Assembly (NCBI GenBank): GCA_046484775.1
Contig: JAWOIG010000007.1
Coordinates: 1 to 52,475 of the forward strand
Reading direction: 5' to 3'
Length of the DNA: 52,475 nt
From: Clostridia bacterium
GTDB lineage: Bacteria > Bacillota > Clostridia > DUPQ01
Every line of letters starts with the position of its first letter. Position 1 is the first letter of the stretch. Under the pieces are notes generated by a model. It made no database searches. It was not told the origin of the DNA and worked only from the letters and a program-made list of their open reading frames with translations. Made by a program: the position numbers and the translations under genes. Shown here one piece after another: positions 1 to 9,208 of this stretch.

Positions 1-100
1 TTTATCAGGTCATCGGTCAGTACGGAAGGGACTTTCAAATCAGCCGCACACGGTGAAAGTCCCGAAAGTACAAACCGCTAATGACAAACCAGTCGTTGGA
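1..100 (+). repeat. Structured intergenic repeat unit, copy 1 (B-half, apical hairpin, A-half). It may be cut by the window edge.
   Basis: Bases 1-63 are identical to 154-216. It folds as an interrupted hairpin: GTCAT(9-13) CGGT(14-17) GTAC(20-23) GGGACTTTC(28-36) pair with GAAAGTCCC(55-63) GTAC(68-71) ACCG(74-77) ATGAC(81-85). Confidence 0.75.
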
Positions 101-153
101 TGAAGCAATATAGGAATAATTTATGGCTGCAGCTTTTACTGTGCAAAAACGAA

Positions 154-253
154 TTTATCAGGTCATCGGTCAGTACGGAAGGGACTTTCAAATCAGCCGC
201 ACACGGTGAAAGTCCCGAAGGTACAGACCGCCAATGACAAACCAAGTTGTTGA
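154..253 (+). repeat. Structured intergenic repeat unit, copy 2 (153-nt offset from copy 1)
   Basis: Direct repeat of 1-100. Within the hairpin, the differences from copy 1 lie only in predicted internal loops or bulges (220, 226, 232). The unpaired 3' tail also differs. Confidence 0.75.
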
Positions 254-286
254 TTGCTACCAAAACAAGAACAGTGTAAAAGAAAT

Positions 287-320
287 GAAAGTACAGACCG
301 CAAATGACATACCGGTCGTT
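287..320 (+). repeat. A-half-only copy of the same repeat family
   Basis: GAAAGTACAGACCGCAAATGACATACCGGTCGTT. Its GTAC core is 70 nt downstream of the core in copy 2. Confidence 0.6.
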
Positions 321-547
321 ATATGAAGTTTTTGAAATGCGTTATTTATAGTTGGAAACAGAGGACCATGAGCAAGGACATATGATAATTTTATTAAAAT
401 TCTGAAAGAAACTATTGCAGCCAAGTCTGCCCCAGCATCAATTATGAAAATTGGTCACCACAATTTTCACATCCAAAACCCCGGAATTCTTAACATTATG
501 TGCTATGTGAACGCCTATGTTTGAGGTATAATATTGCCGTGAATACA

Positions 548-1813
548 ATGGGGTTTATGAAAGGAGAGAAAGGCTTGAAATATGCCGTTGCTCTTGCCGG
601 CGGGGGTACCAAGGGGTCTTATCAGATAGGGGTGTGGAAAGCGCTCAGGGAGCTGGGAATAGAAATCACGGCTGTTTCAGGCACGTCCATCGGGGCCATA
701 AACGGAGCGGCCATGGCGATCGGCGAATATGAAAAGGCAAGGAAGATATGGGAGAACCTGGATTATTCCATGGTATTCGACTATACGAAGATCAACGGCG
801 AGCATGAGTTTTATGAAAAGTATGAGAGCATAAAGGAACAACTGAAGGATATTGCCAAAAAAAGAGGACTTGACATAACCCCGCTTCGGAAGCTTCTCAA
901 TGATGCCATAGACGAAGAAAAGCTTAGGAACAGCCCGATAGACCTCATAATCGCCACGGTATCGCTGTCGTTGTTCAAGCCGGTATACAAAAGCGCGCGT
1001 GATATACCGAAAGGCCAGGTGGTGGACTACATTCTTGCCAGCGCTGCACTGCCCATATTCGAACGAATAAAAATCGACGGCAATACGTATCTGGACGGTG
1101 GGGCATATGACCTGCTTCCGATTAATACTTTGATTGAAAGAGGCCACAGGAACATAATCGCGGTTGATTTGGTTGGTGGAATGGGAATCAAGCGCAGGAT
1201 CAAAGATAAGAATGTAAATATCATCTTTATAAAAAACAGTGCAACGATAGGGGGCATCCTGGAATTCGACCCAAAACTTGCCAGGGCAAATGTAAGGCTG
1301 GGATATCTTGACGCCATGAAGGCTTTCGGGAAAAATTACGGCAAGCGGTTTTATATAGTCGATTCCGACAGACCAAAGTATATGTACGCGCTTACCCATG
1401 ACGAGATGAAGCTGATTTTTGATGAAATAACAAATGGAAAACCAAACAGCGAGAAGTCCAGGGCGTTGTTGAGGCACTTGTTTCGGACCCTTAGAAAATA
1501 TACTGATGAAAACCTGAATCCGGAAAATGCGGTAATCGCGGCAGCCGAGATCGCTGCGGAAACTTTTGAAATCAAGAGGGTAAGGGAGTACTCGGACGAA
1601 GCGCTCGTCAAGAGAATCGTCAAGACGCATAAATCCGTTGTGAAAGGCATTATTCCGGAGACACACAGGATCGACAGGCTGAAACTCCGCTTGTCCAATC
1701 TCCTGATAAACGATGACGAATTCCCGGGTGTGCTGCTACTAATGACGCTGCCCAAGATTTTCATAACGAACATATTCATATTCCTCATGAAGAAGCGAAT
1801 GGCGAAAAAGTAA
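548..1813 (+). CDS. Patatin-like phospholipase family protein
   Basis: GGGTKGSYQIGVWKAL oxyanion motif and GTSIG (GxSxG) nucleophile elbow, with a later DGG. The ORF-track start at 500 is unlikely because a TATAAT at 527-532 lies inside it. Alternative starts are ATG 557 and TTG 575 (AGGAGAG at 562-568). Confidence 0.8.
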   Translation: MGFMKGEKGLKYAVALAGGGTKGSYQIGVWKALRELGIEITAVSGTSIGAINGAAMAIGEYEKARKIWENLDYSMVFDYTKINGEHEFYEKYESIKEQLKDIAKKRGLDITPLRKLLNDAIDEEKLRNSPIDLIIATVSLSLFKPVYKSARDIPKGQVVDYILASAALPIFERIKIDGNTYLDGGAYDLLPINTLIERGHRNIIAVDLVGGMGIKRRIKDKNVNIIFIKNSATIGGILEFDPKLARANVRLGYLDAMKAFGKNYGKRFYIVDSDRPKYMYALTHDEMKLIFDEITNGKPNSEKSRALLRHLFRTLRKYTDENLNPENAVIAAAEIAAETFEIKRVREYSDEALVKRIVKTHKSVVKGIIPETHRIDRLKLRLSNLLINDDEFPGVLLLMTLPKIFITNIFIFLMKKRMAKK

Positions 1814-1877
1814 TTTTTCAACAAATATCCGGTTCACATGATAGAATCAAATCAGAAGTAGAGCAAAGGAGCAATCC

Positions 1878-2651
1878 ATGGAAATACTCAGGAATAAAAA
1901 GGGGTTCATATGTGACATGGACGGAGTGCTGTACCACGGGAACAACCTGATGCCCGGAGCCAAGAGATTCGTCGAATGGCTCAGGTCCGAAAAAAAAGAA
2001 TTTCTTTTTCTGACAAACAGCAGTGAAAGGTCCCCGAAGGAACTCGAGCAAAAGCTGGACAGGCTTGGCATTGATGTGGACGATAAGAATTTTTACACAA
2101 GCGCACTGGCGACGGCAAGCTTCATTGCCGGACAAAGCCCCGGAAGCAGCGCTTATGTCATAGGTGAAGGCGGCTTGATAAATGCACTTTATGAGGCCGG
2201 CATTTCGATGAACGATGTCAATCCGGAATATGTCGTTGTAGGTGAAACAAGAAGTTATAGTTTTGAAAAGATAGAAAAGGCCGTTCAGCTGATACAAAGG
2301 GGAGCAAAACTCATCGGGACGAATCCCGACAAGACCGGACCTACTGAAAAGGGTATTATGCCTGCGACGGGAGCGCTGATAGCACCGATTGAAATCGCAT
2401 CGGGAAGGAACGCTTACTTCATAGGAAAACCCAATCCGCTCATGATGAGATCCGCGGTAAAGAAACTCGGAACCGATATCAGGGAAACGGTAATCATAGG
2501 CGACAGAATGGATACCGACATCGTGGCCGGTATAGAATCGGAAATAGACACGGTGCTGGTTCTTACCGGTGTGACCGAGCGTGAAAGGATAAACGATTTT
2601 TCATACAGGCCGAAATATATCCTGAACAATGTGGGCGAAGTCCTCGATTAA
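1878..2651 (+). CDS. HAD-superfamily subfamily IIA hydrolase (NagD-like sugar phosphatase)
   Basis: N-terminal CDMDGVLYHG (DxDG nucleophile motif), LTNSS, and C-terminal IGDRMDTDI. AAGGAG lies upstream of the ATG. Confidence 0.8.
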   Translation: MEILRNKKGFICDMDGVLYHGNNLMPGAKRFVEWLRSEKKEFLFLTNSSERSPKELEQKLDRLGIDVDDKNFYTSALATASFIAGQSPGSSAYVIGEGGLINALYEAGISMNDVNPEYVVVGETRSYSFEKIEKAVQLIQRGAKLIGTNPDKTGPTEKGIMPATGALIAPIEIASGRNAYFIGKPNPLMMRSAVKKLGTDIRETVIIGDRMDTDIVAGIESEIDTVLVLTGVTERERINDFSYRPKYILNNVGEVLD

Positions 2652-2695
2652 TCAAACGCGGCATGGGCATGGTCATCCATGGGGGGCGGCTTTAA

Positions 2696-3592
2696 TCAAA
2701 TCAAATTAAGGATGTTGTCCTCGACATCCTTTTCTGTTTTAGGCGCAGGAACATTCCTGAAAAGCTGCCAGGTTTCGACATGCCCGATTGACTCGCCGGG
2801 TTCGAGTTTTGAAAGAGGGGACAGGGTTTCCATTTCAAGCATGAAGTCTATTGTGTATGTTTCATAGCTGGAACCCGAATAGTCGGGATATATGGCGCCT
2901 TCCACGGGAATGAATTTCTTTACGAAAAGATTGCCGTGGTTTGCATAGGCGGCCCAGCCGTCAGTGTTTGAAATCCCGAACTTAAACGCATGTGTATTTT
3001 GGGGATCCTGGCGAAGTAGAATGAACTTTTCACCCCATGTGATGCGGGGATCGTTGAGCTTTGTGTAGGGCCAGAGCGAAAGCATTCGGTTGGGAAGCAG
3101 ATCGGTGTCAAGCTGGTTCTGTGGAACCACTTCAACTCCTCCGGGAGCCATGACGGTAAGAGCCCACGCCGCCAGTTCGACAGCCCACATTCCTTCGTTG
3201 GCAAGATAATGCCGGAGGGTTACCCCCGATGAATTCGGGTCGAGGGTGATTTCAATATCCTTTTTTATGCCTGTCGTGGTTTCAACCGGCTGGGAAATGC
3301 AGACGCCGTTTTCAATGATGCTGACATCACAGGGAAAATTATCCGGAAAATATGAGCGGGGCTTGCCTTCCGGACTATGCCACAATCTGTGTCCCCCGTA
3401 TATCCGCCACTCCTCGCCGCCGGTTTTCCCAAGCTGCCCGGATACCTCGCACATTTCGTTTTCGCCCCCGATGAAACCATACCTGATTACCCGGGGACCG
3501 ACATCGCCGGTAACAATAAGCTCGACCAGCCCGTTCTGCAATCTATAGCAATTCTTCCACCCGCCGTATTCCACGATTGAAACCTCAGTCAT
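2696..3592 (-). CDS. Conserved hypothetical protein, possibly DUF4380 / aldose-epimerase-like beta-sandwich
   Basis: 298-aa ORF. The start is moved to the ATG at 3592, which follows AGGAGG. The ORF-track TTG at 3607 sits immediately upstream of that RBS. The family assignment is from memory of N-terminal GGW..CYRL..G..EL.VT.DVGPR.I patterns. Confidence 0.5.
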   Translation of the reverse strand: MTEVSIVEYGGWKNCYRLQNGLVELIVTGDVGPRVIRYGFIGGENEMCEVSGQLGKTGGEEWRIYGGHRLWHSPEGKPRSYFPDNFPCDVSIIENGVCISQPVETTTGIKKDIEITLDPNSSGVTLRHYLANEGMWAVELAAWALTVMAPGGVEVVPQNQLDTDLLPNRMLSLWPYTKLNDPRITWGEKFILLRQDPQNTHAFKFGISNTDGWAAYANHGNLFVKKFIPVEGAIYPDYSGSSYETYTIDFMLEMETLSPLSKLEPGESIGHVETWQLFRNVPAPKTEKDVEDNILNLI

Positions 3593-3794
3593 AACATCCT
3601 CCTGCAAACCTTATATTAAAGATTATAAGACCTCATGCAGCTGATAATCAATAAAAAAACACAAGACTGAATATGCAGGCAAAAAACTGAGAAAGCAGTT
3701 TATCTTTCCTGCATAAGCATACAATGAGAAAACAAAACAAAGAATTGCCATCATTCAGTGCCGGCGGGCTTTATATTCAGGTTGATATTATAAT

Positions 3795-5162
3795 CTACAT
3801 GCGCTTGGAACTTTCATATGAGAGGGGTGAACGCTCGCAGTCCTCCTCACCAAGCGATATCTGGTATGCAAGTTTGCTTCCCTTCATTTTTTCCGCCGCA
3901 AAGCACAGGCCGTTTGTCCTTGTATCAAGGAACGGGTGGTCGATCTGGAATGGATCCCCGGCAAGTATTATTTTGGTGCCGGCGCCGGCCCTGGTAATTA
4001 TTCCCTTGACCTGCTTGGGAGTAAGATTCTGGGCTTCGTCAATGATGACCCACTGCCCGACTATGGAACGCCCGCGGATAAAGGCTATCGCCTCGGTATT
4101 GATTATATTCCTGTCGAACAGTTCCTGTATCTTATCCCTCAGTTCATGCTCGTGTATGAATTTATCCTTGTTTTCCGAATCAAGCAGAATTTCCAGATTA
4201 TCAATTATCGGACGCATATACGGAGCGATTTTTTCCTGTTCTGAACCGGGTAGAAATCCGATGTCCTCGTCCATCTTGACGTTCGGACGACATACCAGGA
4301 TTTTGCGGTAGGCTTTTTCATCAAGAACCTGCTGGAGTCCTACAGCCAATGAGTAAAATGTCTTGGCTGTTCCGGCGGGGCCCTTTAGTATTACCAGCGG
4401 GGCTTGCTCGGAATCCATCATCAGCGCCTCCTGGATGAATTTCTGGTTTGCATTTCTCGGGGAAACACCGAACGGGCGCTCCTTTGAATGCCACAGTTTG
4501 ACGACCCTGCTTCCGTCATACCTGCCAAGGGCCGCATGGTTGCTGTTTGTCAGTGAATGGATAATCAGGAATTGATTGACGGTCAGATAGTCCCCGGCCA
4601 TGATCGAGTTTTCGTAATTAAGATAAAGGCCGTCGGTTTCCATGTATCCAAATTCATAGAAGCCGTTGATTTTTTCATCCACGGCATATACGGTACATCT
4701 GCCGGTATACTGCTGCTCATAATCCGGAACCTGCTCGGCATAGAAATCCTGTGCCGTTACACCGACTATCTCAGCTTTTATCCTTTCAAAGATGTCCTTT
4801 GAAACGAGTATGACGTTGAGGCCTTCATCCTTCAGGCCAAGACAAACCTTCAGAACCCTGTTGTCATTCTTTTTGGGATCCCAGCATTCGGGCAGGCGAA
4901 CATTTTCACAATTTAACTCTATCCTCAGCATTCCTCCGCTGTCAAGAGGAACACCGGTGCTGATGTTGCCGGTCATCCTAAGGTCGTCAAGAATGCGGGA
5001 TACTTCCCTGGCATTGGCGCCAAGCTCGCTTGAGTCCTTCTTGAACTTGTCAAGTTCTTCAAGCACAACGGCGGGAATTACAATGTCATTGTCTTCAAAA
5101 TGATAGATTGCATATGGGGATTGCAACAGGACGTTTGTGTCTATTACGAATGTTTTCTTCAT
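3795..5162 (-). CDS. PIN-domain plus PhoH-like ATPase (YlaK family)
   Basis: N-terminal FVIDTNVLL PIN motif. Walker A is GPAGTAKT and Walker B is IIDEAQN. GGAGG lies 7 nt upstream of the ATG. Confidence 0.85.
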   Translation of the reverse strand: MKKTFVIDTNVLLQSPYAIYHFEDNDIVIPAVVLEELDKFKKDSSELGANAREVSRILDDLRMTGNISTGVPLDSGGMLRIELNCENVRLPECWDPKKNDNRVLKVCLGLKDEGLNVILVSKDIFERIKAEIVGVTAQDFYAEQVPDYEQQYTGRCTVYAVDEKINGFYEFGYMETDGLYLNYENSIMAGDYLTVNQFLIIHSLTNSNHAALGRYDGSRVVKLWHSKERPFGVSPRNANQKFIQEALMMDSEQAPLVILKGPAGTAKTFYSLAVGLQQVLDEKAYRKILVCRPNVKMDEDIGFLPGSEQEKIAPYMRPIIDNLEILLDSENKDKFIHEHELRDKIQELFDRNIINTEAIAFIRGRSIVGQWVIIDEAQNLTPKQVKGIITRAGAGTKIILAGDPFQIDHPFLDTRTNGLCFAAEKMKGSKLAYQISLGEEDCERSPLSYESSKRM

Positions 5163-5473
5163 CTGCAGACCTCCGTTCGGAATAAAAAAGCACTTTCGAA
5201 TAAGGTCGTCGAAAATGCTTCAATTCAAGTTAATAACGGTTCTTCTACTGTGCTTCGTTGTGGTTATCTTTGGTTTTGTGTTTTTCAATAACATCACCTG
5301 TTGTATACATTATAATACATGGAGTTCCAATAATCCACAATATTTACGATATATTTAAAATAAAAACACAACATATGGCGTCTTGAAGACGCAGAATCCA
5401 CACATCCACGGAAAGAGCCATTTTTGGTAAATATGTCCAAATACTTTTATGTAATATGCCTTGAAAGGGTTGA

Positions 5474-5502
5474 TTGACGGGGTAAATGCTCCATGTTATA
5501 AT
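5474..5502 (+). promoter_or_regulatory. Sigma-A-type promoter for rho
   Basis: TTGACG (5474-5479), 17-nt spacer, TATAAT (5497-5502). Confidence 0.55.
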
Positions 5503-5573
5503 TCTCTTAGTTAATTCTGATTTTTTCAAAATTTCCGAATAAATTCAATATCCGTCTTGGAGAGGTGTTTAGA

Positions 5574-7016
5574 ATGCAGGATATAAAGATACTTAAAACG
5601 AAAAAGCTTGAGGATTTGCGTTATATAGCCAAAATGATGGGCATCAAAAGCATAACGAAATACAGAAAAGATGAACTCGTCGATTTGATAGTAAAAGCAG
5701 GCTCAAAGGAAAATGAAAAGCCGGCTTCGACAAAAACAAGGGGCCGTATAAAAGTGCAGACGGAACCAGCCAAAGATGAGGCAACCGCAGGGTCGGAAGA
5801 TATAACAGCGCCGGAAATGCCGGAGGGAGAAGCTGCGGCGGAACCCATCGAATCTGAAAAAAAAGCGGCGGAGGAAGTCCAGGAGCAGGATCCGGTTGAG
5901 GGAATACTTGAAGTACTTCCTGACGGATATGGGTTTTTAAGACGCGAGAATTTCACCTATGGACCAAGGGACATCTATGTTTCACCTTCACAGATAAGAA
6001 AACTCAATTTGAAGACAGGAGACAAGATTTCCGGCATAGGCAGGGTCAAGACCGAAGGCGAGAAATTCCAGGCGCTTCTTTTCGTAAATACGGTCAACGG
6101 CGACGATCCGGGTGCTGCAATCAGGAGAAAATCCTTTGATACGCTTACACCCATATTCCCGCAGGAAAGACTCAGTGTAGAAAAGAATCCCAAGGAATTA
6201 TCAACCAGAATAATCGACCTGATAGCTCCGATAGGAAAAGGCCAGAGGGGCATGATAGTATCTCCGCCGAAGGCAGGAAAAACGGTTCTCCTTAAAAAAA
6301 TAGCAAACAGCATAACGCAGAATTATCCCGAGGTAGTTCTTATTGTCCTTCTTGTGGATGAGAGACCGGAGGAAGTTACGGACATGCAAAGATCCATAGA
6401 CGGGGAAATTGCATACAGCACATTCGACAAGGTTCCGGAAAATCATGTAAAGATTGCAGAGCTTGTGCTCGAAAGAGCCCAAAGACTGGTTGAACAGGGC
6501 AAGGATGTAGTCATACTTATGGACAGCATAACCAGGCTGGCGAGGGCATACAACCTTACGATGACTCCCACCGGAAGAACATTGTCCGGCGGACTTGATC
6601 CGGGAGCCCTTCACAGTCCGAAGAGATTTTTCGGAGCCGCCAGGAACATAGAGTTCGGGGGGAGCCTTACCATAATAGCTACAGCCCTGGTTGAAACAGG
6701 CAGCAGGATGGATGACGTCATATACGAGGAATTCAAGGGGACGGGAAATCTTGAGCTTCACCTGGACAGAAAGCTGTCGGAAAGGCGCATATTCCCGGCG
6801 ATAGACATCAGCAAATCCGGGACCAGAAGGGAAGACCTGCTGTTGAATCAAAAGGAACTCGAGAGCATATGGACCATAAGGAAGGCAATGAGCAACATGG
6901 GGACCGCCGAGGTCACGGAATGGTTCATTGACAAACTGATGCGTACAAAGACAAATGCGGATTTTGTCAACAATATAAACACCAAGACCGGTATTTCGAC
7001 GAATGAATACTCGTAA
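5574..7016 (+). CDS. rho: Transcription termination factor Rho
   Basis: Rho N-terminal helix bundle ([18 protein letters not shown]), OB-fold RNA-binding region (GYGFLR), Walker [18 protein letters not shown], and C-terminal RREDLL. The ATG at 5574 lies 8 nt after GGAGAGG. Confidence 0.95.
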   Translation: MQDIKILKTKKLEDLRYIAKMMGIKSITKYRKDELVDLIVKAGSKENEKPASTKTRGRIKVQTEPAKDEATAGSEDITAPEMPEGEAAAEPIESEKKAAEEVQEQDPVEGILEVLPDGYGFLRRENFTYGPRDIYVSPSQIRKLNLKTGDKISGIGRVKTEGEKFQALLFVNTVNGDDPGAAIRRKSFDTLTPIFPQERLSVEKNPKELSTRIIDLIAPIGKGQRGMIVSPPKAGKTVLLKKIANSITQNYPEVVLIVLLVDERPEEVTDMQRSIDGEIAYSTFDKVPENHVKIAELVLERAQRLVEQGKDVVILMDSITRLARAYNLTMTPTGRTLSGGLDPGALHSPKRFFGAARNIEFGGSLTIIATALVETGSRMDDVIYEEFKGTGNLELHLDRKLSERRIFPAIDISKSGTRREDLLLNQKELESIWTIRKAMSNMGTAEVTEWFIDKLMRTKTNADFVNNINTKTGISTNEYS

Positions 7017-7023
7017 AAAAATC

Positions 7024-7052
7024 TTGTAATATAAAAAGGGGTATGTTATAAT
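7024..7052 (+). promoter_or_regulatory. Possible promoter for rpmE
   Basis: TTGTAA (7024-7029), 17-nt spacer, TATAAT (7047-7052). It overlaps the hairpin downstream of rho. Confidence 0.4.
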
Positions 7053-7059
7053 ACCCCTT
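7036..7059 (+). terminator. Hairpin downstream of rho (possible terminator)
   Basis: 9-bp stem AAGGGGTAT / ATACCCCTT with a 6-nt loop. The trailing T-tract is weak (GCGTTATTTGT). Confidence 0.4.
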
Positions 7060-7113
7060 GCGTTATTTGTAACGAAAGTTTTGAATATACGACCTTATGA
7101 AAGAGGTGAGAGG

Positions 7114-7314
7114 ATGAAAAAGGATACACATCCCAATTACGGAAAAGCAAACGTGCGCTGTGCATGTGGAAATACATTTGAAACAGGTTCCACTAAAAAG
7201 GAGATCCATGTGGAAATTTGCTCGAGCTGCCACCCGTTTTTTACTGGGAAGCAGAAGCTTGTCGACAGCGGCGGAAGAGTTGACAGGTTCAAAAAGAAAT
7301 ACGGTATTGAATAA
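7114..7314 (+). CDS. rpmE: 50S ribosomal protein L31 (Zn-ribbon type)
   Basis: MKKDTHPNY...CACGN...[21 protein letters not shown] lies upstream of the ATG at 7114. The ORF-track TTG at 7081 is upstream of the RBS. Confidence 0.95.
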   Translation: MKKDTHPNYGKANVRCACGNTFETGSTKKEIHVEICSSCHPFFTGKQKLVDSGGRVDRFKKKYGIE

Positions 7315-7321
7315 CACAAAG

Positions 7322-7348
7322 AGGCCGGTAAATACGGCCTTTTTATTT
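7322..7348 (+). terminator. Rho-independent terminator after rpmE
   Basis: AGGCCG / CGGCCT stem with a 7-nt loop, followed by TTTTATTT. Confidence 0.7.
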
Positions 7349-7358
7349 AGAGGTTGAA

Positions 7359-8291
7359 ATGGAAAAAAGAACCAGCATCGGCGGAATGGCGCTTCTTGAA
7401 GGAATAATGATGCTAGGGCCCGAGAAAAAGGCTGTCGCCGTAAGGAAACCGGATGGCGGAATAGATCTTTCTACCGAAACACTGGCATATAATAAGAAAC
7501 TCAGGAAAATACCTCTTGTCAGGGGAATGTACGGAATATTCGCCCAGATGGTATATGGAATAAAGGCGCTTATGCACGCGGCTTCATTCGTTGACCTTGA
7601 GGATGACGAAGAAGAAGGAGGAAAGGAAGAGAAACCTTCGAAATTCGACGCCTGGATGACGCGCAGATTCGGCGACAAGGCTTTCAATATAATAATATAT
7701 TTCAGCGTCGGCTTTGCCCTTCTATTTTCCGTGGCCCTTTTCATACTGCTCCCCAACTTCCTGGCCGGACTATTTGCGACGGGGAACGTAATCGTCAACA
7801 ATCTGATTGAAGGGGTAATCAGGGTTGCCATATTCTTTGGATATATAGTACTGGTATCAAGGATGAACGACATCAAGCGTGTATGGATGTACCACGGAGC
7901 AGAGCACAAGACAATCAGCTGCTATGAAGGCGGCGAGGAGCTTACGGTTGAAAATGCAAGGAAATACTCAACCAGGCATAAAAGGTGCGGAACATCATTT
8001 TTGTTCATAGTGCTTATTGTAAGCGTACTAGTATTCTCGTTCACCGGGTGGAATTCAATAATACTTAACCTTCTGATAAGGCTGCTTCTTATTCCGCTGG
8101 TGGCGGGAATAGCATATGAGATTATAAAACTTGCAGGCAGGAGCGACGGTCTTTTTTCAAAGATAGCCAGCGCTCCGGGACTTTTCTTTCAGAGATTTAC
8201 CACAAAGGAACCTACCGACGATATGCTGGAAGTTGCAATAGAGGCATTCAAGGCCGTCATACCGGAGGAAAAAGGCTCTGACAAATGGTAA
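7359..8291 (+). CDS. DUF1385 (YqhQ-like) membrane protein
   Basis: IGGMALLEGIMM start, HGAEHKTI motif and several TM segments. It occupies the usual position upstream of prmC. Confidence 0.8.
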   Translation: MEKRTSIGGMALLEGIMMLGPEKKAVAVRKPDGGIDLSTETLAYNKKLRKIPLVRGMYGIFAQMVYGIKALMHAASFVDLEDDEEEGGKEEKPSKFDAWMTRRFGDKAFNIIIYFSVGFALLFSVALFILLPNFLAGLFATGNVIVNNLIEGVIRVAIFFGYIVLVSRMNDIKRVWMYHGAEHKTISCYEGGEELTVENARKYSTRHKRCGTSFLFIVLIVSVLVFSFTGWNSIILNLLIRLLLIPLVAGIAYEIIKLAGRSDGLFSKIASAPGLFFQRFTTKEPTDDMLEVAIEAFKAVIPEEKGSDKW

Positions 8292-9151
8292 TAGGCGAGT
8301 TGCTGTCAGACGCATCATACATATTGAAGGATCATGGAATCAGCAACCCCTACAATGAGGCGCTGATTCTTTTATCGTTTGCGCTTGGCTGTGAAAAATC
8401 CCGCTTATTCGCTCATTCCGATGAGAACGTTCCTGAGGAAATGCGTGAAGTTTTCTCGGGTTATGTCGACAAAAGGAAAAAGAGGGTTCCGGTCGTATAC
8501 ATAACCGGCAAGGCATGGTTCATGTCGCTTGAATTTGAAATCGAGCCGGGCATTCTTATACCAAGACCCGAAACCGAAGGCCTGGTAGAAGAAATACTGA
8601 ACCAGGCTGCATTTTATAATCAGGATTCTGTAAAACTGCTTGACATGTGCTGCGGGTCCGGATGCATAGGGATTTCCGCCGCGTATTATGAAAAGAATAT
8701 AACGGCGGATCTTGTGGACATCAATCCGGCATGCGTACAGGCTTCCTTGAAAAATACAGCCAAACACAATCTCGGGGAAAGGGTAACTGTGACTGAAAGC
8801 GACCTTTTCACAGGTGTAAAAGGAAAGGCATACGATATAATCGCATCAAACCCTCCCTATATTCCGTCTGATCAAATAGCCGGACTTGATGACGACGTAA
8901 GGCTGTACGAACCTTTGTCCGCACTCGACGGAGGCCGGGACGGCCTGGATTTCTATAAAAAACTTGCAGAAGAGGCCAAACGGCATCTCGCTCCACTTGG
9001 CCATATTATCCTGGAGGCGGGAATCGGGCAGTCAGAAAAAATAGTCGGATTGCTTGAGTCGGGCGGTTTCGATTCAATATCCATAAAGAATGACCTTCAG
9101 GGAATTCCAAGGATAATCACCGCTTCGGCATCTTCCATTCAACTAAAATGA
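8285..9151 (+). CDS. prmC: Release-factor glutamine N5-methyltransferase
   Basis: SAM-binding LDMCCGSGCIG and catalytic NPPY (SNPPYIP). It overlaps DUF1385 by 7 nt. Confidence 0.9.
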   Translation: MVIGELLSDASYILKDHGISNPYNEALILLSFALGCEKSRLFAHSDENVPEEMREVFSGYVDKRKKRVPVVYITGKAWFMSLEFEIEPGILIPRPETEGLVEEILNQAAFYNQDSVKLLDMCCGSGCIGISAAYYEKNITADLVDINPACVQASLKNTAKHNLGERVTVTESDLFTGVKGKAYDIIASNPPYIPSDQIAGLDDDVRLYEPLSALDGGRDGLDFYKKLAEEAKRHLAPLGHIILEAGIGQSEKIVGLLESGGFDSISIKNDLQGIPRIITASASSIQLK

Positions 9152-9208
9152 TGTAATAGCCATAATATCCTATGGTATAATGCAAGACAGAATATACCGG
9201 AGGAAAAC

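Noticed and set aside
78-263. ORFs of 61-81 aa lying inside the repeat loci (78-263 minus, 26683-26928 minus, 26769-26978 minus, 26987-27217 plus)
   Set aside because: They are generated by the repeats themselves. Frames are not conserved between copies, they have no RBS, and the predicted peptides are Cys/His/Phe-rich nonsense.
500-547. ORF-track start codons upstream of better-supported starts (patatin 500, rho 5565, rpmE 7081, trmH-like 12196, hisI 13696, SulP 15820, HK 27221, asnS 33734, PBP2 41034, cobO 43147)
   Set aside because: In each case a downstream start has a proper RBS, avoids overlap with a promoter or the preceding gene, or matches the expected family N-terminus.
677-1666. 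Long antisense ORFs opposite well-supported genes (677-1666, 6201-6851, 16137-16823, 19408-20100, 22454-23051, 34517-35173, 43928-44419)
   Set aside because: Each lies fully inside a gene with clear family motifs on the other strand. They lack RBSs and have atypical composition (rich in Cys, His, Phe and Arg).
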